Below are positions 30,897-39,369 of a stretch of DNA of 64,000 bases, in pieces (position 1 is the stretch's first letter; each line of letters starts with the position of its first letter). The DNA is taken from the IMG/VR virus record IMGVR_UViG_3300027833_000013, positions 32,001 through 96,000 of that record, one strand, 5' to 3'. A program made the position numbers and the translations under genes. Source of the DNA: a virus. The notes under the pieces were generated by a model. The model did no database searches. It saw only the letters and a list, made by a program, of their open reading frames with translations, and was not told the origin of the DNA.

Positions 30897-31853
30897 TTAG
30901 CTTTCGATGTATTTCATCCGTACTGCTCCGCTACCGCCGCGCCAGCCGTGATCTCTAACACCTGGGCATGGATTTGAAGCAGGGCCGCCTGAACCATAAG
31001 GTACGTGTTGCTGACAACCCAACATTTCATAACACTGACACGCTCTGTTACCCATCCAACACGAGCCGTGAAACACGCCTGTGGCTGGATTTCTACTTGC
31101 CGCGTTAAGTGCATTTACATATTGATGCATTCCTTGGCCCGACCAACGTGAGTAAGGATTATCGTCTTCAGTAGCGTAAGTTACTGTTGTACCTTTTGTA
31201 CTTATTACGTTTGCCGGCAATGCAACATGGAAGTAGAACATACAAGTACAAGCAGGATAGCATCCAAGGAAACTTGCACAACTATAAGGACCACAGCAAT
31301 TAACATCACCGCCGTATGAACATGGAGTAAATCCTCCACTACACATATTACATACTATTCCACAGTTCGGACCTCTGTTTGTTGTGCAAAATCCTGCCGC
31401 TCTAAAGCAACAGTACATACTAGGTGTTGTTGAGCAAATACTATTTCCGCCTTTGCCACCTTGTACACACATACAACCGTTTGTACTTGAACTAAACCAA
31501 CATACTGCTGAATTTGATCCACATCCTCTGTCACAAAGCGATGAGGCATTTCCGCAAGATTTGCCCATACATCCACAAGCTCTATTGCCCGATGTTACGT
31601 TATATGATTTTTTACCATACGCTGCCGCATTACCAGGAATGCCGTGACCACAGCAACACATTCTAGAACCCGAGCCGCCTGCGCCCCACATTTCTAAGTC
31701 TACTGTTCCGGTTCCCGGTGCAATCCAACAAAAGCCGTGACACATACATCCGTACATTGATCCGTTGTCATATGCCCAAATTTTACCTTGTTCGAGGTTA
31801 CCTTCCGCTTGGGTAAAGTTTTTGCTACCTAGTAACGATTTTAGTGATGCCAT
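30897..31853 (-). CDS. Cys/Gly-rich virion protein, paralogue 3
   Basis: Colinear with 7569..8531 and 8543..9499. Confidence 0.75.
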   Translation of the reverse strand: MASLKSLLGSKNFTQAEGNLEQGKIWAYDNGSMYGCMCHGFCWIAPGTGTVDLEMWGAGGSGSRMCCCGHGIPGNAAAYGKKSYNVTSGNRACGCMGKSCGNASSLCDRGCGSNSAVCWFSSSTNGCMCVQGGKGGNSICSTTPSMYCCFRAAGFCTTNRGPNCGIVCNMCSGGFTPCSYGGDVNCCGPYSCASFLGCYPACTCMFYFHVALPANVISTKGTTVTYATEDDNPYSRWSGQGMHQYVNALNAASRNPATGVFHGSCWMGNRACQCYEMLGCQQHVPYGSGGPASNPCPGVRDHGWRGGSGAVRMKYIES

Positions 31854-31874
31854 TTGTACGTATCTCCTGTTATT

Positions 31875-32375
31875 TTATTTATCAAAGTTATGAAGCACTG
31901 TAACTGGCTTACCGATCGGAGGTGCTGACGTAAATCTAATATACCAGCCTGCACCTTTACCTGCTGGATTTTGTATTAAGTCATAGTTTGTAATTGCAAT
32001 TTGAAATACAGTTTCTACTAGCACTAATATGTTTTGTGCGGCTAAAGGAACTGGACTATCATTATCTCCATTGTTTAACGGACCAAAATCAACTTCGCTT
32101 GCATCACCTACACCTAAATTTTGCTGTACAATATTTACAGGCTCTTGTCTTTTTAATTTAGCCCATGTACCGTTTGCATAAGATTCATGCGCCGAAGTTT
32201 CTGTATTATATCTAATCATTCCGTTAGCTGGAAACACTGGACGACTTGCAGTATTACCCATAGGAACTACTACTGCTTGTTCGCCACCTAACTGAACAAT
32301 TTGATTAATGTCATATTTAACACCAACTGCTTTAATGTTTCTTACGCTTGTACTTTGTGCTTTGATTAATCTCAT
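31875..32375 (-). CDS. Structural protein with a GMIRYNT fibre domain
   Basis: VPMGNTASRP...GMIRYNTET motif also found at the C-termini of the long fibres. Confidence 0.55.
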   Translation of the reverse strand: MRLIKAQSTSVRNIKAVGVKYDINQIVQLGGEQAVVVPMGNTASRPVFPANGMIRYNTETSAHESYANGTWAKLKRQEPVNIVQQNLGVGDASEVDFGPLNNGDNDSPVPLAAQNILVLVETVFQIAITNYDLIQNPAGKGAGWYIRFTSAPPIGKPVTVLHNFDK

Positions 32376-32378
32376 TTG

Positions 32379-32717
32379 TTATACTTCCAAGAAGCTTACT
32401 GTTGCGCTCAAGTTAGTAGGAGATTGTGATATCATTACAATTTTGTCACCTGCGTCTAGTACAACCTTTTCACTGTCAAATGTAAACGTTTCGCCGGCAG
32501 GTAATGAAAGATCATTAATTACCATGTTGGCATTACCTTTAGCACTTCCGCTTGCTATAAAGTGCATGTCAAACATTGTTTCGCCATGTTCTAAGTGCAG
32601 TGGGTTAGTTGCTTCGGTATTACATACCATAATTGTTAGTACTGCATACGTTTTACCTGCGGGTACAAGTAATACATTAGTATCAGTACTTCCTATTGCT
32701 GTGCTTGTTATCGCCAT
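32379..32717 (-). CDS. About 110 aa adaptor-like protein, paralogue C
   Basis: AVLTIMVCN...SEKVVLDAGDKI pattern. Confidence 0.5.
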   Translation of the reverse strand: MAITSTAIGSTDTNVLLVPAGKTYAVLTIMVCNTEATNPLHLEHGETMFDMHFIASGSAKGNANMVINDLSLPAGETFTFDSEKVVLDAGDKIVMISQSPTNLSATVSFLEV

Positions 32718-32729
32718 TTCGTTTCCTTT

Positions 32730-33689
32730 TTAAAACAACATACTCAATAAAAGAGCATTCTGTCTACTTATTATTTCACCTTCTTTAGAAGCACTGTGTT
32801 TGAAAAACAATCCAGTACCACCTGATGCAGGTGCTTTTACGTATACTTTAAGACCATCTGTCGGGATTGCTGGATCAGAGCTTTGTAACGTTAATGTGAA
32901 GTTATCTTTAACTACAACTCCGCCAGTGCCTTGTGATTCTAAAATTAAATCAGTGTCAGATGCAGTAGTTGATATAATATTATCTTGGAATCTAAAGTCT
33001 TCAAACTCAACTCTATTTCCAAAAATTTGACCTTTAGGAATATTATCAATTTGGAAAGTAACTACACTAGGTGCACCACTTACTTCTGTATCTCTAACTT
33101 CTACATATGATTTACTAGCAGAACCTTCTTCTATTCTTCTTTGAAAGGTACTAGTAAGTTGTGTTACAATTGTATCATCAACATATTTTTTGTTAGGAAT
33201 ATCATCATCATCTGTAATTTGTGTTTCATAGTTATTTGTACCAGTAACACTTATTACGCCTGTCCCAGAGTTGATTAAATATAAATTACCGCCGCCAGTT
33301 GATACACTATTAATACGCAGTCCTTGCAAAGTACCTGAAGCATTTACAAAAGTAAATCCTCCAGTTATAGTAGTTTCACTAATTGGATCTACCCATGTAA
33401 CAGTTTCGTCAAATACAAGTTTTGCATCAGGCAAACTGCCTCTGTCTAATTGTATTCCTGATTGAGTAAGTGTAATGCCTGTACCTTGTTCACCTTCATT
33501 AAGTGTAATAATATTATCTTTTAAATTTAAATTTGATGAACTAACTTGCGTTGTGTTACCATTAACTACTAAGTCTCCTGTAATCGTAACAGTGCCTAGT
33601 GCAAGTCCGGTATCTAATGTAATATTACCAGAGGATTGAACTTTAATTTTATAATCACTATTTGGCAAGGCTAAAATTTTAGTAGACAT
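32730..33689 (-). CDS. Fibre/collar-like structural protein
   Basis: VTITGDLVVNG, DNIITLN, PNKKYVD, DNIIST..DTDLILE motifs shared with the fibres. Confidence 0.55.
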   Translation of the reverse strand: MSTKILALPNSDYKIKVQSSGNITLDTGLALGTVTITGDLVVNGNTTQVSSSNLNLKDNIITLNEGEQGTGITLTQSGIQLDRGSLPDAKLVFDETVTWVDPISETTITGGFTFVNASGTLQGLRINSVSTGGGNLYLINSGTGVISVTGTNNYETQITDDDDIPNKKYVDDTIVTQLTSTFQRRIEEGSASKSYVEVRDTEVSGAPSVVTFQIDNIPKGQIFGNRVEFEDFRFQDNIISTTASDTDLILESQGTGGVVVKDNFTLTLQSSDPAIPTDGLKVYVKAPASGGTGLFFKHSASKEGEIISRQNALLLSMLF

Positions 33690-33710
33690 TTATAATTCCT
33701 ATTGTATTTG

Positions 33711-33734
33711 GAGTGGGGAATTTCTCCCCCACTC
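33711..33734 (-). terminator. Stable GAAA-tetraloop hairpin (processing, stability or terminator element)
   Basis: GAGTGGGGGA-GAAA-TTCCCCACTC on the minus strand; no clear U-tract. Confidence 0.5.
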
Positions 33735-33754
33735 TATAAGTCTTCTTAAGATGC

Positions 33755-34216
33755 TTATGCGTCTTCAGTGAAGTCGTCGTCATCAGTTCCGATTAATGTA
33801 TTTTGGTCGCCAGCTTCTTCAACCTGCGCCGCACCATCGGTAGTACTAGTTGCAAAGTTCCAAGGAACACTCTTGCCATCATAAGCATTACTACCTGTAG
33901 CACTTGGTGCTGACAAAGTAGCTTTGCGTCCAGAAATTTTACTTACTGTGTATGTTTCTGCATCGTCCATTTTGAATGAAATAGCCATCTCACCTGCCGC
34001 TAATGCCGCTGGTAATTTACCAGTTGTTAGCGTACAAGTAAATTCGCCTGCTGTTTCAATTTCTTCGCATACAAATTTCTTTGATGCTTTTTGCTTTACA
34101 ATATAACCTTCTTTAACTGCTGTTCCGTTATGAAAGTTTACTTTGATTTCGTTGCCGCCAGATGTAGGACCTACGCCTGCAACTCCAAACAATCTCTTAT
34201 TTAATGGTCTACCCAT
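33755..34216 (-). CDS. Late protein downstream of the major capsid gene (possible head decoration protein)
   Basis: Strong RBS AGGAG and its own late promoter (GATAAATA 34304-34311); function inferred from position only. Confidence 0.45.
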   Translation of the reverse strand: MGRPLNKRLFGVAGVGPTSGGNEIKVNFHNGTAVKEGYIVKQKASKKFVCEEIETAGEFTCTLTTGKLPAALAAGEMAISFKMDDAETYTVSKISGRKATLSAPSATGSNAYDGKSVPWNFATSTTDGAAQVEEAGDQNTLIGTDDDDFTEDA

Positions 34217-34320
34217 TTGTTTCTCCTAAGTTACGTTCTATGTAATACGCAGTGGGTCAATTCTGCATAAGTCCGTATTATACGGCACGATTTACGACAT
34301 AAGTATTTATCAGAAAAGAG

Positions 34321-34350
34321 AAAAGGTCCACGCTAGGTGAACCTTTTTTT
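34321..34350 (-). terminator. Rho-independent terminator after the tRNA
   Basis: GGTTCAC-CTAGC-GTGGACC-TTTT on the minus strand, with A/T tracts on both sides. Confidence 0.75.
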
Positions 34351-34353
34351 ATA

Positions 34354-34427
34354 TGGAGCGGGTACGGAGAATCGAACTCCGGTCTAAAGGTTGGAAACCT
34401 TCAGCTCTACCATTAAGCTATACCCGC
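34354..34427 (-). tRNA. tRNA-Gly (anticodon TCC), CCA encoded
   Basis: GCGGGTA-TA-GCTTAATGGTAGAGC-T-GAAGG-TT-TCC-AA-CCTTT-AGAC-CGGAG-TTCGATT-CTCCG-TACCCGC-T-CCA cloverleaf. Confidence 0.96.
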
Positions 34428-34439
34428 ATAGTTATGTAT

Positions 34440-34468
34440 ATAATAGCACTAATAAAAATGTTTGTCAA
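34440..34468 (-). promoter_or_regulatory. Sigma70-type promoter for tRNA-Gly
   Basis: TTGACA-17 nt-TATTAT with a TGn extended -10. Confidence 0.75.
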
Positions 34469-34490
34469 CCAGTTAACAAAAAAAAGTCAT

Positions 34491-34520
34491 AAAAAAACAG
34501 GACCCGTAGGCCCTGTTTTT
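34491..34520 (-). terminator. Rho-independent terminator of the capsid operon
   Basis: ACAGGGCC-TACG-GGTCCTGT-TTTTTT (C-UACG-G tetraloop). Confidence 0.85.
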
Positions 34521-34536
34521 AATTTTAAAGCAAAGT

Positions 34537-35709
34537 TTAGCTAAAGCTAACGTTTGCAGATGTAATAGCAACATTTGCTAAGTAATCAGCGGCATTACCC
34601 AAAGATGATGCTGTGTTTGACAACTCAACATAACCATAACGAGTCATAAAGCTAACTACTGGTTCAAATGTGGACGGATCCATTACTACACCACTTGACA
34701 TCAACGGGATGTATGGGCAATAAAATGCTGGAGCATCTGATTCACTTTGACCTTTATAACCAACAAGCGCCATAGCGTTATCGGCTGCATATGTATCTAC
34801 ATATACACGCATTGCGTTATTCAAAGTACCTACAAACTTAGTGTTTGTTGGAGCTTCAAAAGTTCCTTCAGTTGTACGTGCAAAAGCACTTGTTGTAGCA
34901 GACTGTAGGATTGTTAACGCAAATGGGCTAACAACACAATAGTTACCAGCGCCTCTACGTGTACGCTGAGCGATCAAGTTAGCCGCTCTGTTGATTTGAA
35001 CTGCCAATGCGGCATGCTCGTCACCAACAAATGTTGCTGTACCTGATACAGCGGCTTGGTTGTATGTTTGTACAGCCGTGCCACTTAGCGAACGTAAAGA
35101 AGCAATAACTTCTTGGTCAATCTCAGCAGTAATCTCTTGTGCAAGAGCTGCCATGATTTCAGCTTCGACATCAATGCCGTGCTGTGCTTGTGCGTCCTGA
35201 GCTGATTCAAATGTCCAACGAGCGCTCAACTTACGAGTTTTCGCTTCAACAGTCTGTTTCAAGATCTGGATGCTTAGTTTGTTACCAGCAGTACCTTCAG
35301 ACAAGCTAGTTCCTTGTGCTTTACCAGCATCTGAACCGGCTGCATCACCAGAATAACCAACAGCAATTTTGAATGGGCTTAATGCTTCTTCGCCTGCTGT
35401 TGCATCATCTGCTGTGTCCGAATAACGTACACGTAACGTGTGGATCTGACCCACAGGTCCAGTCATTGGCTGTACGCCAACAAGTTCGTTTGCAATGACC
35501 GTAGGCATTACACGACGAATAACTGGTAGGATTACTCTGTTAAGAGTTGCGACATTACCGGCAGTAGTCGAACCAGCGGCTGATGTTTCAGACAAATACT
35601 TGCGTGTATTTTCTAAAGTTGCTGACATTACAGATTTCTTAGTTCCTGTAAGGCCTTCCATCAATGCTGTTTTCGTCTCTTGCCAGCGACTTTCTAATAG
35701 TTCCGACAT
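34537..35709 (-). CDS. gp23: Major capsid protein (T4 gp23 family)
   Basis: LVGVQPMTGPVG, VEAKTRKLSARWT.E.AQD, EITAEIDQE, FYCPYIPL, FMTRYG motifs. Confidence 0.97.
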   Translation of the reverse strand: MSELLESRWQETKTALMEGLTGTKKSVMSATLENTRKYLSETSAAGSTTAGNVATLNRVILPVIRRVMPTVIANELVGVQPMTGPVGQIHTLRVRYSDTADDATAGEEALSPFKIAVGYSGDAAGSDAGKAQGTSLSEGTAGNKLSIQILKQTVEAKTRKLSARWTFESAQDAQAQHGIDVEAEIMAALAQEITAEIDQEVIASLRSLSGTAVQTYNQAAVSGTATFVGDEHAALAVQINRAANLIAQRTRRGAGNYCVVSPFALTILQSATTSAFARTTEGTFEAPTNTKFVGTLNNAMRVYVDTYAADNAMALVGYKGQSESDAPAFYCPYIPLMSSGVVMDPSTFEPVVSFMTRYGYVELSNTASSLGNAADYLANVAITSANVSFS

Positions 35710-35719
35710 AATTATCTCC

Positions 35720-36814
35720 TTAATTTAATCCAGCTAAACGACGGATGTCAACGACATTTTCGTTTTGCTTTTGTCTACTAACGTTAGTTTCTTCTTTGTT
35801 GCCTGTGATTGCTTTGCCTTCTGTAAGCTGTGCCTTCTTCTTTGCTGGACTATTACCTTCAATAACTGTTGGTAGATACTTGCTAAACGCCGACTTTAGT
35901 TTCGGAGTTTGAACAGATTCCAGTAAGTCTGTCATTATTTCACGTTGTGCTTTGCCTAATGGCGCAATCAAATCGTGCATAATTTCTTTACGTTGAACTG
36001 ACTCGTTAATCTGCTTAATTTCAGCTGTCTTAGCTTCTGAAAGCGTTGTAGTCTTTTCAACAATTGTTTTAGCTTCTGATAGTTGACGATTTTTAGTATC
36101 GATAACTTTCATTAACTTAGCTGTTTCACTTTTTTCGTTTAAGTAGCTATTAGCATACTCAGACGCAAACGATTCAAACAACTTACGACCGAAGTCATTC
36201 TGTCTTGCAACTTCAATATCTTCCTTCAGTGTAGCAATCTCTTTATTCAAGTTCTTGCTTACTGTTTCAGATACTAACTTTGCACTCTTTTCAATAAAGT
36301 TAGTTTTAACCTTATTAAAGTGTGTCTTAGCTTCACGTACTAAACGTACTTTCGTTTCAGCTAGGTCTTTCTTATCTTCAGAAAACTCGTTTATTTCTTT
36401 AGCCAGAGCTTCTACTACAAATTCTTCAAGTTGTCCAAACTTAGTTGACATAACTTTCTGATCTTCGTGTAGTTCAGTTACTTCTTTTCCTAGCTGTTGC
36501 ATAACAAAACCTTTCATTAGGTCTGCGTTTTCACGCATCGCTACTGCATATTTTGCTTTTGCTTCTGCTAGTTGTTTGCGGTCTTCTGCAAACTCAGAAA
36601 TCTCTGCATTAAGACGCTCGGAAAGCATAGAATCAATGGATTCAACCATTTGACCCTTGTCATGCTCATACTTTTTAGCAAACTCTTCACGAAGTTCCGC
36701 AGTTACCTGCATCTTATTCGATTTAATTTTGCTATCCCAAGCTTCTTCTATTTGCGCTCTGATATCTTCAGAAACAACATCGTTTTCAAAGAGTGTTTTC
36801 AGTGCATCTATCAT
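35720..36814 (-). CDS. gp22: Prohead core scaffolding protein (gp22-like)
   Basis: Coiled-coil E/K-rich protein between protease and capsid; GRKLFESF motif, ends IRRLAGL. Confidence 0.85.
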   Translation of the reverse strand: MIDALKTLFENDVVSEDIRAQIEEAWDSKIKSNKMQVTAELREEFAKKYEHDKGQMVESIDSMLSERLNAEISEFAEDRKQLAEAKAKYAVAMRENADLMKGFVMQQLGKEVTELHEDQKVMSTKFGQLEEFVVEALAKEINEFSEDKKDLAETKVRLVREAKTHFNKVKTNFIEKSAKLVSETVSKNLNKEIATLKEDIEVARQNDFGRKLFESFASEYANSYLNEKSETAKLMKVIDTKNRQLSEAKTIVEKTTTLSEAKTAEIKQINESVQRKEIMHDLIAPLGKAQREIMTDLLESVQTPKLKSAFSKYLPTVIEGNSPAKKKAQLTEGKAITGNKEETNVSRQKQNENVVDIRRLAGLN

Positions 36815-36830
36815 ACTATTTTCTCCTAGT

Positions 36831-37448
36831 TCACTGGAGTTTGCTAATAATATTTATTAGCGATTCCTTAAGATACTTTTGTGCCTTTACATCGTGCTTT
36901 GTTGCCTGTGCTAATTCATATGCCTTCATTCCCCCACGTGCATTCATTAAATGTTCATAAATTGCTGTAGGATACGCACCAGGGGCACTAGGCTGAGCCA
37001 CAATGTCCACAGTGATTATTTCGAAATCGGTTACATCACCGCTTCCGTTAACTTCACCAGAGCCCCTACTGGAAACGCCAAGTTTAACGCCGTTTTCCAA
37101 CATTGTTTTAACTAGCAATCCCATAGGAGTTGGTAATATCTTCATTTTACCATAACCATTTGCATCTTCCATCCACATTTCTGTAATCATGTGAGATACA
37201 CGGTCAAGGTTAATATTAAGGCCTTCCGGATGATCTACTTCCCCAAGAACACTATATCCTCCAGTAACTTGATCGTTAAGAGTTTTGACAGCCCTACCAA
37301 TTTCATTAACGGGATACACACGCTGGTTAGCATTGCGCACACCGCCTTGAATGCAAATACCTTTCATATATAGGTCTTTGCCTTCATTAGCAGATTCTAC
37401 GACGATTTTCGCCTGGTCGAATGTCAAATGTTCTTGAATTAAGTTCAT
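36831..37448 (-). CDS. gp21: Prohead protease (gp21)
   Basis: NANQRVYP, GEVDHP, TPMG, LGVSSRGSG, DIVAQPSAPGAYP. Confidence 0.95.
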   Translation of the reverse strand: MNLIQEHLTFDQAKIVVESANEGKDLYMKGICIQGGVRNANQRVYPVNEIGRAVKTLNDQVTGGYSVLGEVDHPEGLNINLDRVSHMITEMWMEDANGYGKMKILPTPMGLLVKTMLENGVKLGVSSRGSGEVNGSGDVTDFEIITVDIVAQPSAPGAYPTAIYEHLMNARGGMKAYELAQATKHDVKAQKYLKESLINIISKLQ

Positions 37449-37458
37449 CTAGCTTTCC

Positions 37459-38400
37459 TTACTTGCCAATGATCGATTTTTTATCACTAGCTGTTTCGCC
37501 TGCGCCTTTTTTCTCAGCGCCGTGGCCTTTTGACATAGCTTTCATTGCTTTCCCTGCTTTTCCGCCTGGAACGTTTATGTTGCCCATGTTATCTTCTTTA
37601 GCACTTGGGTCAGCTAAGCCGCCTTTTGTACCTTCTGAATTGCTTTCGCCGCCAGCTACTATATTTGCTGATGTGCCATCGCCCATTTTGTTTGCACTTG
37701 CTGTTGGGGATTTAGTGTTTGCACCGTTGTCGCCCATTGTAGCATTTACTTTTTCAACATATTCACGCATTGTTTCAGTTTCTGATTTGTCAGCTTCTTC
37801 GACTTCTTCATCAGTTGCTTCTTCTACGTCAAGATCAAAACTCTCTTCTTCAGGAGCTTCTTCTTCGTCACTGTCGGCTTCGCCTTCAGCATCGTCTGTA
37901 TCGCCTTTTTCGTCATCATCGGAAGCCATATCGGTTCCCATTTCTGCATCAAAAGCCGCTTTTAACTTTTCAATTTCGTCTTGCAAGTCTGCAATGTCGT
38001 CTGCTACGTCACCTTCTGGTGCGTCATCAGCATCATCATCCATGTCCATTGGAGCATCATCGCCTGCTGGCATTTCAAGATCGCCCATCATGTCGTCTAC
38101 TGGATCTGCTTCAACTTCAAACTCGTCTAGGTCAAACCCTTCTTCAAGCTCTTCATCAGACTCATCAACTTCTTCATCTTCGTCTAAATCTTCGTCAGTT
38201 GCTTCGTCAACTTCTTCATCTGTAGTTTCATCAACTTCTTCATCAGTTGCTTCGTCAACTTCTAGATCATCTTCTAAAAGATTCTCATAAATATCTCTGG
38301 ATTTTTCTACTACTATTTCGTGAAATAGTGCTTCCGCTCCAGCGCGGTCTTCGTTAACTAATTTTTCGAGCATTTCCTCGAATTTATTACGGTCTGTCAT
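37459..38400 (-). CDS. Highly acidic prohead core protein (gp67/68-like position)
   Basis: A..LFH.IVVEKSR.IYE N-terminus, D/E-rich body, located between portal and protease; late-like GTAAATA at 38453-38459. Confidence 0.7.
   Translation of the reverse strand: MTDRNKFEEMLEKLVNEDRAGAEALFHEIVVEKSRDIYENLLEDDLEVDEATDEEVDETTDEEVDEATDEDLDEDEEVDESDEELEEGFDLDEFEVEADPVDDMMGDLEMPAGDDAPMDMDDDADDAPEGDVADDIADLQDEIEKLKAAFDAEMGTDMASDDDEKGDTDDAEGEADSDEEEAPEEESFDLDVEEATDEEVEEADKSETETMREYVEKVNATMGDNGANTKSPTASANKMGDGTSANIVAGGESNSEGTKGGLADPSAKEDNMGNINVPGGKAGKAMKAMSKGHGAEKKGAGETASDKKSIIGK
38190..38262. repeat. 24-bp tandem repeat encoding EVDE(A/T)TDE
   Basis: About 3 imperfect copies within the acidic core gene. 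Confidence 0.7.
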
Positions 38401-38500
38401 TTTTTCTTCTCCTAAAATGAAATATATTTACCTACGGGTAGGCTGTCAATTGTATTTACTCATAGTATGAAATATAGGTGTATAATAGGCTCAAAATGAG

Positions 38501-39109
38501 TCATTTTATAATATAGTTTCCTACATTAAATGAGTTAGTAAATTCTTTTACTGTTATATGGGTTAAATTTGCAAAATTGCCAAACGGTTCAGGTATAAAT
38601 GAGTCCTTATCTTCTATTACTCTTATATATCTCTTTTCGGGAGATTTCTGCATTACACTACATGTTTGACGTAACCAGTTGCCGAAATACGTTGCAGTAT
38701 CTTCACTTCTTTTGTAATTTGCAGTACTCGAGTATATGTTATTGACCCTCTTGCCTTCAGGTCCGATGCCTTTATAGTCAAACCCTAAAATATAAATTGT
38801 ATCGTGTGCATGCGAAGCCGCAAGATGTAATGCAGTTGGTCCGCTACTCCAACCTAACCCTGGATTAAAATAGTTAAACCCTCTATAAGATTCAAATGAT
38901 TTATTAAAGTTCGTCCATACCTGGCCTTCATGTTGATAACGATTTTGATTAATTTCATTAATCATTTTAATATCAACAGCTATAAGATAGTCCGGTTTGA
39001 ATTCCCTGTATACTGCATTACAAGCATACATTGTTCCGTATTTTTTTAAGGGTTCTAAAGGTATAGAGGATCGGCTAGTGCCGTTGCCCAATACAAACGC
39101 TACGCTCAA
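38501..39109 (-). CDS. Maf/CstII-like (sialyltransferase-fold) putative glycosyltransferase
   Basis: AFVLGNGTSR, YACNA, PDYLIAVD, SSGPTALHLA, IYILGFD motif series. Confidence 0.6.
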   Translation of the reverse strand: MSVAFVLGNGTSRSSIPLEPLKKYGTMYACNAVYREFKPDYLIAVDIKMINEINQNRYQHEGQVWTNFNKSFESYRGFNYFNPGLGWSSGPTALHLAASHAHDTIYILGFDYKGIGPEGKRVNNIYSSTANYKRSEDTATYFGNWLRQTCSVMQKSPEKRYIRVIEDKDSFIPEPFGNFANLTHITVKEFTNSFNVGNYIIK

Positions 39110-39112
39110 TTA

Positions 39113-39361
39113 TTATACTCCGCCGGCCTCTGCGTTAGCCGATAGTCCATACATTTGTCTAACAAATAACAATTCTTTCTCTTGTTCTTCAGTATGTAGT
39201 TCTGCGGCTTTCCTTACGCGATTAATCTGACGTAGTGTAAGTCTAGTTTTGCGTGTATCATCAAGATCTACGGGAGAGTCGTCAAGGTCAGCTTCGTAAC
39301 GCTTGTCGTCGACTGGATCAACAGTTTCTTTGTCAAAGTAAAATAGTTCACGTAGTATCAT
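39113..39361 (-). CDS. Small head-associated late protein
   Basis: MILRELF...DDTRKTRLTLRQIN; exact TATAAATA at 39367-39374, 5 nt upstream of the ATG. Confidence 0.55.
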   Translation of the reverse strand: MILRELFYFDKETVDPVDDKRYEADLDDSPVDLDDTRKTRLTLRQINRVRKAAELHTEEQEKELLFVRQMYGLSANAEAGGV

Positions 39362-39369
39362 ATAGTTAT

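Noticed and set aside
34353-34544. 63-aa ORF MERVRRIELRS...
   Set aside because: Antisense reading of the tRNA-Gly gene
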